Source: Chrysemys picta bellii (lineage: Eukaryota). Taken from it: a stretch of DNA of 64,000 nt. Under the pieces are notes generated by a model that was not told the DNA's origin, did not search any database, and saw only the letters and a program-made list of their open reading frames with translations. This document shows positions 35,726-47,916 of this stretch, one piece after another. How positions within the stretch are numbered: position 1 is the first letter of the stretch; each line of letters starts with the position of its first letter. The stretch lies in assembly GCF_011386835.1 (NCBI RefSeq), contig NC_088797.1:109306001-109370000 (forward strand). Reading direction: 5' to 3'. The translations under genes were made by a program, and so were the position numbers.

Positions 35726-37158
35726 AATAAAGCAGATACTTAAACCTGAATTTTCCTGGGTAAACAAATGAGAAAAACAACCAACAAAGAAAGGCACCAT
35801 TCAAAACTCATCCAATGACCCCATTATTCATGGATCATTAGTGTAATAGGCCACATGGGATCCATAAAAGGCAAAAATGCCTTTTATGTCATTGAGTATT
35901 TAAAGAGTGATAATCCATATATTATTGAAACAATATTCACTCTAGCAACTCCTTCAAAGCTACTTTATGTGAGTCTGAGTATTTCAAAACTAATAAGCCA
36001 TGGATAGTCCATATATCTGCATATGTCTTACCATCATTAGGGAATAGAAACTAGAGTGCACATGCAAAGATGACACCTTTAAATCTCTGAACTGAAAACA
36101 TCTAATTCATTTTATGATAAGTAGTTGGTAAATGTTCATTTTATTAAGTTAAAGACATTCATTAGTGCTAATCTGAAAAGTTATGAATGCTGCTTCTCCC
36201 TGCAAAAACGTGTTAACAAGTTAGATGACTGAAAATACTGAAAGTCAACCAAAATACAAACGAAAACTGGAACTCACAACACCTGGGCAAAAGCTTCACT
36301 ATGTACTCAAGTTGCATCGTTATGTTCCTTACTCTTCATTTGTACCTTATCCATAAGCCTTTGCGGGCTGGTACCTCACATTCATATCTGTCCGTAAGGT
36401 GTACAGAAAACTATTGTCTCGATATTAGTACCACTAATAATAATGCAACAAAACCAAAGGCCATCTTAATCCACAAAATTGGCTGACTCATTATGAAGTG
36501 TTGATGTGCCTTTAATATCTTGTTATTTTTTATTCATGGAGTTCCCAGTGATACACTAGGTGCCATATAGACACAGGAAGACATGGTGCCATATGTACAC
36601 TCAGTACACCAGAGCTGAGGAGGTGTTAAGCCATGTTTACACTCCTTTTTTCTTGGGGCTTCGAGCAGCCATTTGACCATGCAGCCATTTGACCATGCAG
36701 AGAGACCAGGCAGTGCTTGAAATGGTGGGTGACCATCATGGTAAAATCAAGTGCCCATCCTCTCATGGGTGCCAGAATTTCAAACCGTAAGTTTAGATAA
36801 GTGTATTTGCAGCTTAATAAAGCAATGGTCTTATGACCATTTGACAAGTGGAATGTTATTACTATGTGTGTACACCCTCAAGAACACAACAGGCTGCCTA
36901 GAAAACTGAGCTGAGAACCTTCCTACACATGACTGGCATGGTTTAAATTATCTCTAGTTGTACAATATGGTGTGAGCATATTATAGGGACAACCGGATGG
37001 GCATTGTAATACAACATATTTGGTTGACTGTAAGTTAATATCTTATAGCAATTTCATTAAGAAAAAATAATTTGTAAAGTTTAAGTCAGTACAGAGGCCA
37101 AGACACACTAACTGGTGGAGGATGACCTTAGAACTGATGGGGAAATGTTTTTTGTTTG

Positions 37159-37270
37159 TGTGATGTTTCACTCCATATTCTTTATGAAAATATGCTTATA
37201 TGAATATGACATAACTGAGATATACTTTATGCAAGATGGCTCATGCGAGATATCATAGGAAAGGTTATGA
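37159..37270 (+). mobile_element. LTR 5' fragment
   Basis: Starts TGTGATG and shares a motif with the 1-535 LTR. It is truncated at a SINE head. Confidence 0.4.
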
Positions 37271-37274
37271 TAGG

Positions 37275-37331
37275 AACTTACAACCCTGGGTTTAGGAGGC
37301 CAATGCTCAAACCACTGAGCTATCCCTCCCC
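37275..37331 (-). mobile_element. Tortoise Pol III SINE, tRNA-derived head only
   Basis: The reverse complement reads GGGGAGGGATAGCTCAGTGGTTTGAGCATTGGCCTCCTAAACCCAGGGTTG. Confidence 0.8.
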
Positions 37332-37658
37332 CTTTGGTTTGGTTATCAGAAAGAGCTCAGATTGTTGAATGCTGAGTTCTCTTGAAAATCTGACCATAGA
37401 TGCTTCTGTGGCACAATGGGAGGTGCTGGGGGCTGAATACTTTTGAAAATCTGGACTTTATTTGGGTGTCTAAATGAAAGCTGAGCTCTTTGGACAATCT
37501 GGCCCCAATGATGGGTGCTGAGCACTTGAAAATCTGTCCCTGAGTTCTTCTGAAAACTTGGCCCTTAAGGGCTACATATTTAACCAAGGGAAGGGGGCCT
37601 ATGAAAATGCATCAAGAACTTGAGTTCAATGGAAATGGAAATGTTTATATCAATAAAT

Positions 37659-37797
37659 AAAAAGCAACAGAGGGTCCTGTGGCAGCTTTAAGACTAACAG
37701 AAATATTGGGAGCATAAGCCTGTTAGTCTTAAAGGTGCCACAGGACCCTTTGTTGCTTTTTACAGATTCAGACTAACACGGCTACCCCTCTGATACT
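37659..37797 (+). mobile_element. Mini Penelope-like element (inverted plus direct pseudo-LTR hairpin)
   Basis: 42-bp arms at 37659-37700 and 37720-37761 with 2 mismatches. 11-bp TSD TATCAATAAAT / TATTAATAAAT. The 3' tail matches the 60792 copy. Confidence 0.8.
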
Positions 37798-38544
37798 TAT
37801 TAATAAATAGTTTGTTCTGTTTCTTTAGATGTGTTCTGCCCCATACACTGTCCACGAAATATGAGTCTGCCTTTTTGTAGGGAGGAAGGTGTAGATGCTG
37901 CTTCTTTCTTTCTTTTGTTCTTTTTTTTTTTTTTTTTTTTTGTTACTCTGGCATGAGTTTTAATTTTGCAAGGGAAGGGAACCAGGTTTTATTATCCTGT
38001 GATTATGCAGCTGTTACTTAGAGGGGAAAAAATTATCAATATGAAAAGATGCTCTGCACCAACTATAATCTTCCTGTTTAATAAACACAACCACACTCTG
38101 GCAAACTTTGAAAAACCTGTAATATTATGTCAAAACACCCATGAAACTGTTTTATGCCTTTTCTGTGTCTTTTTGCCTTTCACAGCTGATTACCCAGGAT
38201 GCACAGTATCTATGTGTAAACAGAAGCTTTCTTCTTTTATAACCAGCCACCTCCTTCTTCTTCTTCCTGTCTGACTCACTCATTGATGCCAGAATCCAGT
38301 ATTTGTGGTATCACAATTGCTTCCATGGTGATGATTGCAAAAATAAATAAATAAATCAAGCCATAAATTTCTATAGAGGGGTGGCAACAGCAGCTTGCCA
38401 GAAGGGAGCTGGATTTGTGATTTTTACTTTATGTTTCCTTCTGTCAGTATACAAAGTGCTTGACTAAAATTCCTTCTTTTTTGTTTTAATTTCTAATTTC
38501 TATTGTTCTTCTAATGTTTCACATTCGTTTTACTTTGGACTACT

Positions 38545-39520
38545 AGGGTCGGTCCTGGGGCCGGTTTTGTTTAATATCTTTATTAATGATCTGGAGGATG
38601 GTGTGGACTGCACTCTCAGCAAGTTTGCAGATGACACTAAACTAGGAGGCGTGGTAGATACACTAGAGGGTAGGGATCGGATACAGAGGGACCTAGACAA
38701 ATTAGAGGATTGGGCCGAAAAAAACCTGATGAGGTTCAACAAGGACAAGTGCAGAGTCCTGCACTTAGGACGGAAGAATCCCATGCACTGCTACAGACTA
38801 GGGACCGAATGGCTAGGTAGCAGTTCTGCTGAAAAGGACCTAGGGGTCACAGTGGACGAGAAGCTGGATATGAGTCAACAGTGTGCTCTTGTTGCCAAGA
38901 AGGCTAACGGCATTTTGGGCTGTATAAGTAGGGGCATTGCCAGCAGATCGAGGAACGTGATCGTTCCCCTTTATTCGACATTGGTGAGGCCTCATCTGGA
39001 ATACTGTGTCCAGTTTTGGGCCCCACACTACAAGAAGGATGTGGAAAAATTGGAAAGAGTCCAGCGGAGGGCAACAAAAATGATTAGGGGTCTGGAGCAC
39101 ATGACTTATGAGGAGAGGCTGAGAGAACTGGGATTGTTTAGTCTCCAGAAGAGAAGAATGAGGGGGGATTTGATAGCAGCCTTCAACTACCTGAAGGGGG
39201 GTTCCAAAGAGGATGGAGCTTGGCTGTTCTCAGTGGTGGCAGATGACAGAACAAGGAGCAATGGTCTCAAGTTGCGGTGGGGGAGGTCCAGGTTGGATAT
39301 CAGGAAAAACTATTTCACTAGGAGGGTGGTGAAACACTGGAATGCGTTACCTAGGGAGGTGGTGGAGTCTCCTTCCTTGGAGGTTTTTAAGGCCCGGCTT
39401 GACAAAGCCCTGGCTGGGATGATTTAGCTGGGAATTGGTCCTGCTTTGAGCAGGGGGTTGGACTAGATGACCTCTTGAGGTCCCTTCCAACTCTGATATT
39501 CTATGATTCTATGATTCTAT
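38545..39520 (+). mobile_element. 5'-truncated young CR1 LINE (PsCR1-like) with an uninterrupted ORF2 C-terminus (286-aa ORF, 38567-39427)
   Basis: RT motif [25 protein letters not shown] and [13 protein letters not shown], followed by the 3' UTR and an (ATTCTATG)n tail ending at 39520. Confidence 0.97.
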
Positions 39521-39899
39521 ACTCGATGAGGAAATCTTTGCATCGTATCTTGGGTTTGGAATGGCATAATGAAGTCCTGCAAAGCTAAATGTCAAATATT
39601 GTCCAATACATGCACCCTTTGGTCCTCTACATGCATTGCCTTGCCTAGCTTTAACCGAATGAAATTGAAAAGCACTGATTCTGATCTCTGGCTTTACACT
39701 GGTAGAACTCTACTGCAATGGCATTGCTCCCAATTTACACCAGTTTAAGTGAGATCAGGATTGAGCCCCTAGATTTTCCCCATTTCTTTAATTTGGAGCC
39801 TATTGGACAAAGCTCCCATTGTCTTCAATGGTCCAGGATCTGCCCCAATGTTTATATTCCAAGACCCCTTCCATTAGTAGATGTGCTCTCTCATTCTCC

Positions 39900-40190
39900 T
39901 CCTGCAGAGTGAGGAGAGGACTATGGAAAGTTTGGTCTTGCTCAAAACTTACAACAATGTTGCCCCAGAAAATAACCAACAGGAAATGTTCGAAGAACTG
40001 GAATCCTTAACCTGCCTGCTGAAACCCAAATGTGGCACTGCCACAATCCACTCCGTCAGCAAGGAGTGCAGATCTACAAACTGCTCCTGAACCTCCGTGT
40101 CCCATGACATGGGCCAGCTCTCCATCTTGTCACATAGTTGCAGATTTTTATGGAGGAACGAAAGAACAGGCTGCGGCAGGGGACTGGTAC
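39900..40190 (+). pseudogene. Possible decayed PIF/Harbinger transposase N-terminal/HTH fragment
   Basis: Across a frameshift, ...QEMFEELESLTCLLKPK... and WASSPSCHIVADFYGGTKEQAAAGDWYC resemble the recalled Harbinger motifs KATFMELC..L.P.L..K and WKLATPDCYRSVANQFGVGKSTVGAVLMQVC. Similarity is weak and judged by eye. Confidence 0.3.
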
Positions 40191-40440
40191 TGCAATCTTG
40201 TCCCTGTCACCTAACGTGTGACTATTGAGTGGTCAGAAATGAGCTGGCGCTCTCAGTTCAACACCTAGTAAAGAACACACCAATTACTGAGCACCCTGCC
40301 TTACTATACTGCCCAGAGATGAAGAATCAACTTGACCCTAGATACTCAACCCTCTTCTCACTGCCAAGGTGATCTGCCCTGATCAGGGAGGAGATCCATT
40401 AATGGGGCAGTGTGGGGAAGCTTGTATTGCTGGTGCCCCT
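40180..40440 (+). mobile_element. LF-SINE-like element
   Basis: GAAATGAGCTGGCGCTCTCAG core plus the 3' block GGGGCAGTGTGGGGAAGCTTGTATTGCTG. Confidence 0.55.
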
Positions 40441-42230
40441 TCTTTAACTTTTCTACAGTTAAACAGAGGTCTGCGTCTCGTCTGCAGACTGCTTTCATAA
40501 GTCCTAACTTTGCATTAAAGGCCAGATCCTCAGCTGATGTAAAGTGGCATACTTCTATTGAAGTCAATGGAGCTCAGTGGAGGATCTGACCCTTTATATT
40601 TTTAACTTAAAAATATACATGTAGTAGAGCATCATAATGATATTTAATTTATTTTTCCTAATTTGGTATGTAACCACCACAAATACCACCCAGGTTCTCC
40701 TCAGGGCACCAATAGCCATGGTAATACTATAAACATTCTTTCCGGTTTATCAGGAGAATTTACTCACGGCTGCAGTCATACTGAGACATCAGCTAGGATA
40801 AGGATATTCAGGCAGGCAGGTTAAATGCTAATTTCCTTTCTACTGTACCATTTTCTAACCTCCTTCCATGAATCAACGTGAGTAAAAGGTTCTTCACTTA
40901 CAGACATAAAACAAATTGAACAAATTACGTTACTTAACTGAGGAAGAACCAGCCAGTCTATTGATTTCTTGTTTGGCTTCAAATTTTCCCTTTTTTATTA
41001 ATATGAATTTGTAAAGGGGATTTTGGATTTTAAAACTCCATATATTTCATTAGTATAGTTCAAAATAACCTACTAGTCAGTCATTGGTTAGTGGGGGGGG
41101 GTTCTCTTTATTTTTTAAAGTAAATGGGCTGATTCTGCTCTCACTACTGAAGTCAATGCAGTTACACCATTTTAAAACTGGTGTGGATTCACAATCAGGC
41201 CTCATGGTGTTGGAAAGATAAAACAGGTAGTAGAACACACCCAAAAGAGTTTAAGAAACAGAAGCCAGGGGAACACAGTATGAAGTAGTTCTCTGGATAT
41301 CAAAAGCAACCATTAAATTCCCAGTTCTTTTAGATGGATCATGAACCATGATCAGCAGCAACACATTTTATAAGATGACAATTTGCTATTTAAGGAGTAC
41401 AAGATGAGAGGGAATTCAAGAATGAACAGAGCTGTGGCACATTTATCTTTCAATGGCAGCACTGACAGCATGAAAAGGAAATGTTTAATACTAATGGGGA
41501 CTTTTAAAATTTTTACATAGAGGATATTTTGGTAAGTATCAAAAAATTGTCTGAGATTGGTCTTAAAATGTAGGAACAAATTTTCAGCTGCAGCCTCTAA
41601 AAATGCATGTGCAGCTGTTTGTAGAGATGAAACATGCACAAATGCAGGTTTTGGAAACACAAATACTTAGATGGAAGAGCATGTGAGTGAAGACTTTGAG
41701 TTTGCGGCTGAAAATTTCATTCTAAAGATTTAACTCTCATGGCAATCCAAAATAGCTTATTCTTAGCTGAGCTCTGCACAGTGATTAAACAGCAATTTTA
41801 GCAACAAGGAAAGGCCAGACAGCCCAACATGTATGGAATATTTGGCTGACTTTGATCTCATTTCCAACATACCAGTTTTCTCCAGAAACCTAACCTTATC
41901 TTGAACTACAGTACTCACAATCTTTGCCTCAGTTGCCCTACCTAGAACTTATTCCATATTTTCATTACATATTTTGTATGAAATGTATGAAATTGCCCTT
42001 AGTTTTCTGATGTCTATTATTATTCTAAAATATTATTCTAAATTATTTCATGGTGCCCACAAGTATGCTAAGCACTTCTCAGAAAATGCATACAGGACAG
42101 GACCCTGCCCTGAAGAACCTTATTCTGCAAGATTGTGTTCCCCATTAGAGATGAGCAAATACTAGTATTCACTTTGATGGTATTCACCGCCCCTTTTACT
42201 TGCCATGCATGTAAGTGAACTATTGCTTGC

Positions 42231-43035
42231 AAGAACATAAGAATGGCCATACTAGGTCAGACCAAAGGTCCATCTAGCCTAGTATCCTGTCTTCTGGTGG
42301 TGGCCAATTGCCAGATGCCCCAGAGGAAATGAACAGAACAGGTTATCATCAAGTGATCGATTCCCTGTCGCTCATTCTCAGCTTCCGGCAAACAGAGGCT
42401 GGGGACACCATCCCTGCCCATCCTGGCTAATAGTCATTGATGGACCTATAATCCATGAATTTATCTAGTTATTTTTTGAACCCTGTTATAGTCCTGGCCT
42501 TCACAACATCCTCTGGCAAAGAATTGAACAGATAGACTGTGCTATTTGCCAGGGAGGAGGGATAGCTCAATGGTTTGAGCATTGGGCTGCTAAACCCAGG
42601 GTTGGTGAGTTCAATTCTTAAGGGGGCCGCTTAGGGATCTGGGGCAAAAAAAATCAGTATTTGGTCCTGCTAGGGAAGGTAGGGGGCTGGATGCAAGATC
42701 CTTTCCAGTTCTACAAGATAGGATATCTCCATTAATTAAAAAATGAAATACTTTTTGTTTGTTTTAAACCTGCTGCCTATTAATTTCATTTGGTGACCCC
42801 TAGTTCTTGTGTTATGAGACGGCGTAAACAGCACTTCCTTATTTACTTTCTCCACACCAGCCATGATGTTATATACTTCAATCATAACCCCCCTTAGTCA
42901 TCTCTTTTCCAAGCTGAAAAGTCCCTGTCTTATTAATCTCTTCTCATACGGAAGCCGTTCCATACCCCTAATCATTTTTGTTGCCCTTTTCTGAACCTTT
43001 TCCAATTCCAATATTTCTTTTTTGACATGGGGTGA
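42231..43035 (-). mobile_element. CR1 LINE 3' fragment interrupted by a SINE
   Basis: Begins AAGAACATAAGAATGGCCATACTAGGTCAGACC (reverse-complemented tail). After the SINE it continues TTTGTTTGTTTTAAACCTGCTGCC...AATCTCTTCTCATACGGAAGCCG (antisense ORF2). Confidence 0.85.
42552..42738 (+). mobile_element. Tortoise Pol III SINE (tRNA-derived head, CR1-like tail)
   Basis: GGGAGGAGGGATAGCTCAATGG (A box)...GAGTTCAATTC (B box)...TTGGTCCTGCTAG...CCTTTCCAGTTCTA. Confidence 0.9.
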
Positions 43036-46000
43036 TAGTAAAAAAGTTAGAGACCATTATTTTTCTCATCAAAACCAAAGAGAATTTTTCATTTAAAAAT
43101 GATATTTTTTCTCAAAATGACATTTTTGGTGAAAAAAATTTTTTTGGCTGAAAAAACATTTTCCATTTAAAATAAAGGTTTGGCAGAAATTTTTCAACAA
43201 GCTGTAGCATTGTTTTTCCTTATTTCTTTTACAGATATACCTTGAGATCTTTCTTGTCAATATCCTGCAATATTTGATCAAGGTTATCATTGCCTGCTTT
43301 TGTCTTACTGCTGAGTAATACTTGCACTTTGCATTGGTATCCTGCACCATGTGCACAAGAAGTTGGACAGTGGAGGACATTACCCATGGTTTAAACAGTG
43401 TGGATTTCCCATATTGCACAAGAACACATTGTGCAAATTCCTTTGTGGAAGTATATGTCCCCATACTTTATGTGGTTTGAAAATGGGACATGATCATAAG
43501 ACAAGAGATGACTGTAGAATAGATGGCCATTACCTTACCTTCTAAAACCCAAATGTCTTTGTTTTAAAGTACATTCTAAAGTTTGTGTGTGGATAAATCT
43601 TGTCTTGATAGCAATATCATCTAGTACCTTTCTTCTGCTTATGTTATTAAGTGCTAACCTGAGGCAGAAATGTAGGATATGGGATAACTTAGTTAAAAAA
43701 CTTCAATATCATATTCCCCAGTAATGGCCGCAAACACTAATAGTGTTACTGTAGTACAGTATTTTTTACCATTGCTTTAAAATACTATATGACTTATTTA
43801 CCTGGTCATGAATAATGTTTTGAGCTTTGAACATTTTGGCAAGAATAATGACACAAGTATTTCTTTCTGTTTTAGGTACTGATCCTTCAAAGGTCCATAA
43901 ATGGACTTCCGCTGAGGTCAGGTCCCATTGCACACATCTGATTGCAGGGTCAGGTCCTAATTCTTTATTCAGCTATCTTCAGCTACAAGTCTAGCACACA
44001 GCACTAAAGTCCTACAGTTCTTTGTTGCATAGCCTTCAGAGTACTAGATGTAAAGGGTTTTGTTTCTGATTTTTTTTTTCTTCATCCATTCCTTTCCTCT
44101 GCTTCCTATCTCATTAGTTGCTAGGTTATCCAACCTATAGGATGCAAAAAATAAAAATTAAAAAGTTACAAAGGCATTGCATGTACATGATTTGAACTAG
44201 GAAGAATGCATGCAATGAAATGATGCTATTTTATACATCTTATTAAAATGAATATCAAACTTTGTTTTGCCTCATTCAATTTTTGATGCTAATTAAGTAA
44301 GCATAAGCATAAGAAAGGAAATTGGATTTTCTACTTAAGGAACTTCCAATAAAGCCATGGACGTTAGTGAGATGAGGTTCTAATAAACCTTAATAAGTGT
44401 CTATATAACAAGCAATGTTTGTCTCTTAGGAACATTGGATTTTTCTCAAAGGATATGGATGGCCAATAAACTACATTTGTGACTATGAAGATATATTGTT
44501 ACAGGAGCCGTTTTTCTACCATTAGCCTTTCAAACCCTCGCACTCCAGTTTTCAGTAATTCTGTGACCTTGAGAACAATCATGGACCAAGAAATTTAAAA
44601 ACCATTTTAAATTTCATAAAAATATAATTTAGGAATAGCACTGGCTAGATAGGGGACTTTAGACAATACTTTATTGTGAATAATGCTCTTCTTTGTCCAT
44701 TTCAGACAACCTCTAATGTTGCTACAATATTTGTCATTGATCACCCAGTCTTGTGCTGCCACATCACTGTTAAGCCTGGTGACAAAGGGGAAAGAAGGCG
44801 TATGTATAGCCAGTACCATTGTGCATAGCAAAACAAAGCAGGAATAGAGAATGCTTTTGTGTTCAATTCTTCCTCCTTGCTGTATCGGGCAAAACAAAAC
44901 CATTGGTGTAAAACCAGGAATTTGTGTCAGTGTAAGTACAACTTTTTGGACAAAAAAATCAAAGTTTTCTACAAAAAGCAGATACTTTTATCAAAAGCTC
45001 AATTTTCCATTGAAAAACAGCTTAAACTGAAAAAAATTGACCAGCCCTACAAAACAGTATCAAATCTACAAATGTGGCATTTGGGGAACGTGCATGAATG
45101 TAACTTACCCGAGTTTGGTATTGTCTGTGGGCCAAATTCAGCCTCTCTTGTAAAGGAAAAGGAACTCAAAGTCAATGAGTATCAAGTAAATTTCTCCATA
45201 GTAGTGCTGAGTTGAGTTTGAGTTGGGCAAGTTTGTGTGTGGGGAGCAGCAAAGGGAAGTGGCTGTTTTATTGTACACATTATATTCAAACCTGGGTGCT
45301 TAAATTAGATGCCTAAATCTACACTTGTTCTAGCAAATTAAAAAGAAAGTAACCTTCCCGTCAGAGATGCTTAGCCCCTAAAACTCCTGCTGGACTCGGT
45401 GGTGGGTATGGTGGCACAGCACCTCTGAAAATCAAGCTATTTTTATTTAGGAGCCTCCATATGGAATTACCCACCTAACATTTGGTGCCCAAGGCTGAAA
45501 ATGTTGATCTTCTGGTAGTTGTTTGTTCCTGCTACACATTCCAGGCTAGTTCCCCAACTGCTATAAATCTGCATAGTGCCATTGATTTCAATAGAGCTGC
45601 ATCTTTTCATGCTAGCTGAGGATGGGACGCTCCTTATGCACCCTCAGCATGGAAATGACACTCCTTTTGCACAGTCACTGAATACGACATCAAAGTGAGC
45701 TACGTGCTTTCACACTTAAAATCGCTTGCACCATTTGCTGACCAATTTATATTCAACTTGTAGCTAACACATTAACGTCGGCTCACAACTGACGTTAATT
45801 TTGCTCAGGCAATTCCATGCATACATTTATTTCAGGTCATATCACAGATCATTCAGTCCATTCAATTTTGGGTTGTTTCAGGGTAAATACATATTTGAAA
45901 TTGTTTCAGACAAATAGAAGATTGCTCACTGGAATGACTAACAGAATTTAACGATAATGTGATTAAACCCCTTAGTAAAGGAACTTTTGCCCTTACAATC

Positions 46001-46999
46001 TCTTGTCAAACAAATATATACTAATTTCCATAGATCAAATATAAACTAATCTTATGTCAGCAGCCTATGTGCTATTGGTGCAGACTGCCTATTGGCCTAA
46101 AAGCGACGAACTTCAAATATGTGAATTTGTTTGCCCATAATTAGCACAATGTATCTTAGCCCATTCAAAATAATAACTGCATCCCTTCCTGGTAATGAAG
46201 AATGATTAATTCTCAATTATAGTAAGTATCCAATTTTATACAGTGCAGCACTGGTCTAAACCACCCTATCTCTAACATTCTAATTACAGACATTAAAAGT
46301 TCCATATAATTATTGCTGAAGGATCAGTAAAATTAAAAATATTGGTTACTTAAAGCTATTATTACATTTGCTCTAATGCAGCCAAGGCTTAAATTTATGT
46401 CTGAGCTGCCAGCCATTTCATCAATCTATTTTTGTGACTTGTTTAGAGCAACTGGTTTTATTTCACAGTCTCAGTAACTGTTCCAACAGGTCTATTAACG
46501 GTTTGGCACTCTACATTTTGTAAAGCTTTAATTAAGTGAAACAAGCTAAAAATCACTAATATGTGCCTTTAGCAAACTAGCGATGTAATTATCTCATTTA
46601 ACAGATAACTACTTGTATTTCATTTTTCAAAGCACAAAGAGAAAACTAGCTCTAAATGACACTTTTCAGGCTCATTAAACTCACTAGAGAAATATCAGAT
46701 TAGGGATTTCTACTACAAATACCATAATAAACTCTAAGAGCTGATATAAACAACATGAGTATTTTGGGGAGGTGGCGGGAGGCAGGGGAAAATATATAAT
46801 ACTGCTTGCAGCAGAAAAAATATATATTGGTTATATATGTTAAAAAGTCTCTCATTTCAACACTCTCTAAACTACTGCTTCAGTTTAAAACACAATATGT
46901 CTAAAAGTATCAAAATCTCTTTTTATCTTTAAATATATATTATTTAAAATAAGTATTTTTGTATTTGAGAGACAAATCCTGTGTTCCTGACTTATCTAG

Positions 47000-47259
47000 G
47001 GGCTGACCTATACTAGAAAGTTACACTGGTATAAATATTTCAGTTTGAGGTATGATTTTTTTTTATTAATATAGTTATACTGGTATAAGCCCTGGAGTGG
47101 ATGTACTTATGCTAATATAAACATGCCTTCCGATACCAAAATAAGCCATACCACTTTTATACCAGTATAACTGCATCCACACTGGGAGAAGGGGAGAGAT
47201 TGCTACTTTAACTAGCCAATACAGTTCAAGTGGCAAAACTTTCTAATGTAGACAAGGCC
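47000..47259. mobile_element. Harbinger-type MITE
   Basis: Termini GGCTGACCTATACTA / AATGTAGACAAGGCC, with internal ACTGGTATAA/TTATACCAGT inverted motifs. Confidence 0.6.
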
Positions 47260-47916
47260 AAAGATTCGTTTGTGCAATGCACTTTAGGTGGTCAGGTTCT
47301 TTTGTATGGAGCCTCATTGACTTCTGTGGGACTCCATCTGGGCCCAGGAGTCTGCCTACAATGAAATCACTGCAGGATCGGGGCCTAAATAAATAACTAA
47401 ATAAATAAAATTCAAGATTTGTCCCATAGAGAATAATGTGTAAATCATTAAACACAAAACAAAAAATAGCAGAAGTGAACACTCCTTTTATAAGGCCAAA
47501 CACGTGAATATGTATCTGCCAGGAAGTAAAATTAGAACAATAAAACTAGGCTTATATCATCAAACAGGGTGCTAGCAAACCCAACTTGCTCAGCAAAGCT
47601 GGCCTTTAACTAAGACTTGGACTAAATTGTTAGAGGTGATTAAATATTTAAACAAATAATTTGGGACTATGTTGATGAAAAAACAGATTGCAATCATTGC
47701 TCTGCTCTTCATGAGGTTATGCTATTTGTTATTTGTATGACTGATGGCTATCCGTGAAATGGTCACAAATCCTGACTGTTTCAATATTCACTGTTCATTA
47801 TTCTCCTGTTTAAATGGTTTAGCCACCCAATCAGGAACCAGAAACAAAAGTAAGTTGCGGTAGTGACAGCTTTCTAATGTCGTCCAGTGGGCCAGCTTAC
47901 CTACAGGCTTGTATCC

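Noticed and set aside
36666-36697. 16-bp tandem duplication CAGCCATTTGACCATG x2, with similar small duplications near 15579 and 63248-63299
   Set aside because: Ordinary slippage-type micro-duplications with no further structure.
38530-39100. Minus-strand ORFs of 84 and 86 aa
   Set aside because: Antisense shadows of the CR1 RT ORF.
41352-41660. 102-aa minus ORF containing EAAAENLF, reminiscent of FAM172A QAAAENVF
   Set aside because: Only a 5-6 residue match; the flanks do not align and there are no exon boundaries.
42552-42625. tRNA-like A/B-box sequences here and at 37275, 50790 and 59680
   Set aside because: These are SINE heads fused to CR1-like tails and do not form a complete tRNA cloverleaf.
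43541-43634. Minus-strand open frame ending at a strong GTAAGG donor (…RKVLDDIAIKTRFIHTQTLECTLKQRHLGFR)
   Set aside because: No polypyrimidine tract at the acceptor, no recognisable protein and opposite strand to the better exon candidate.
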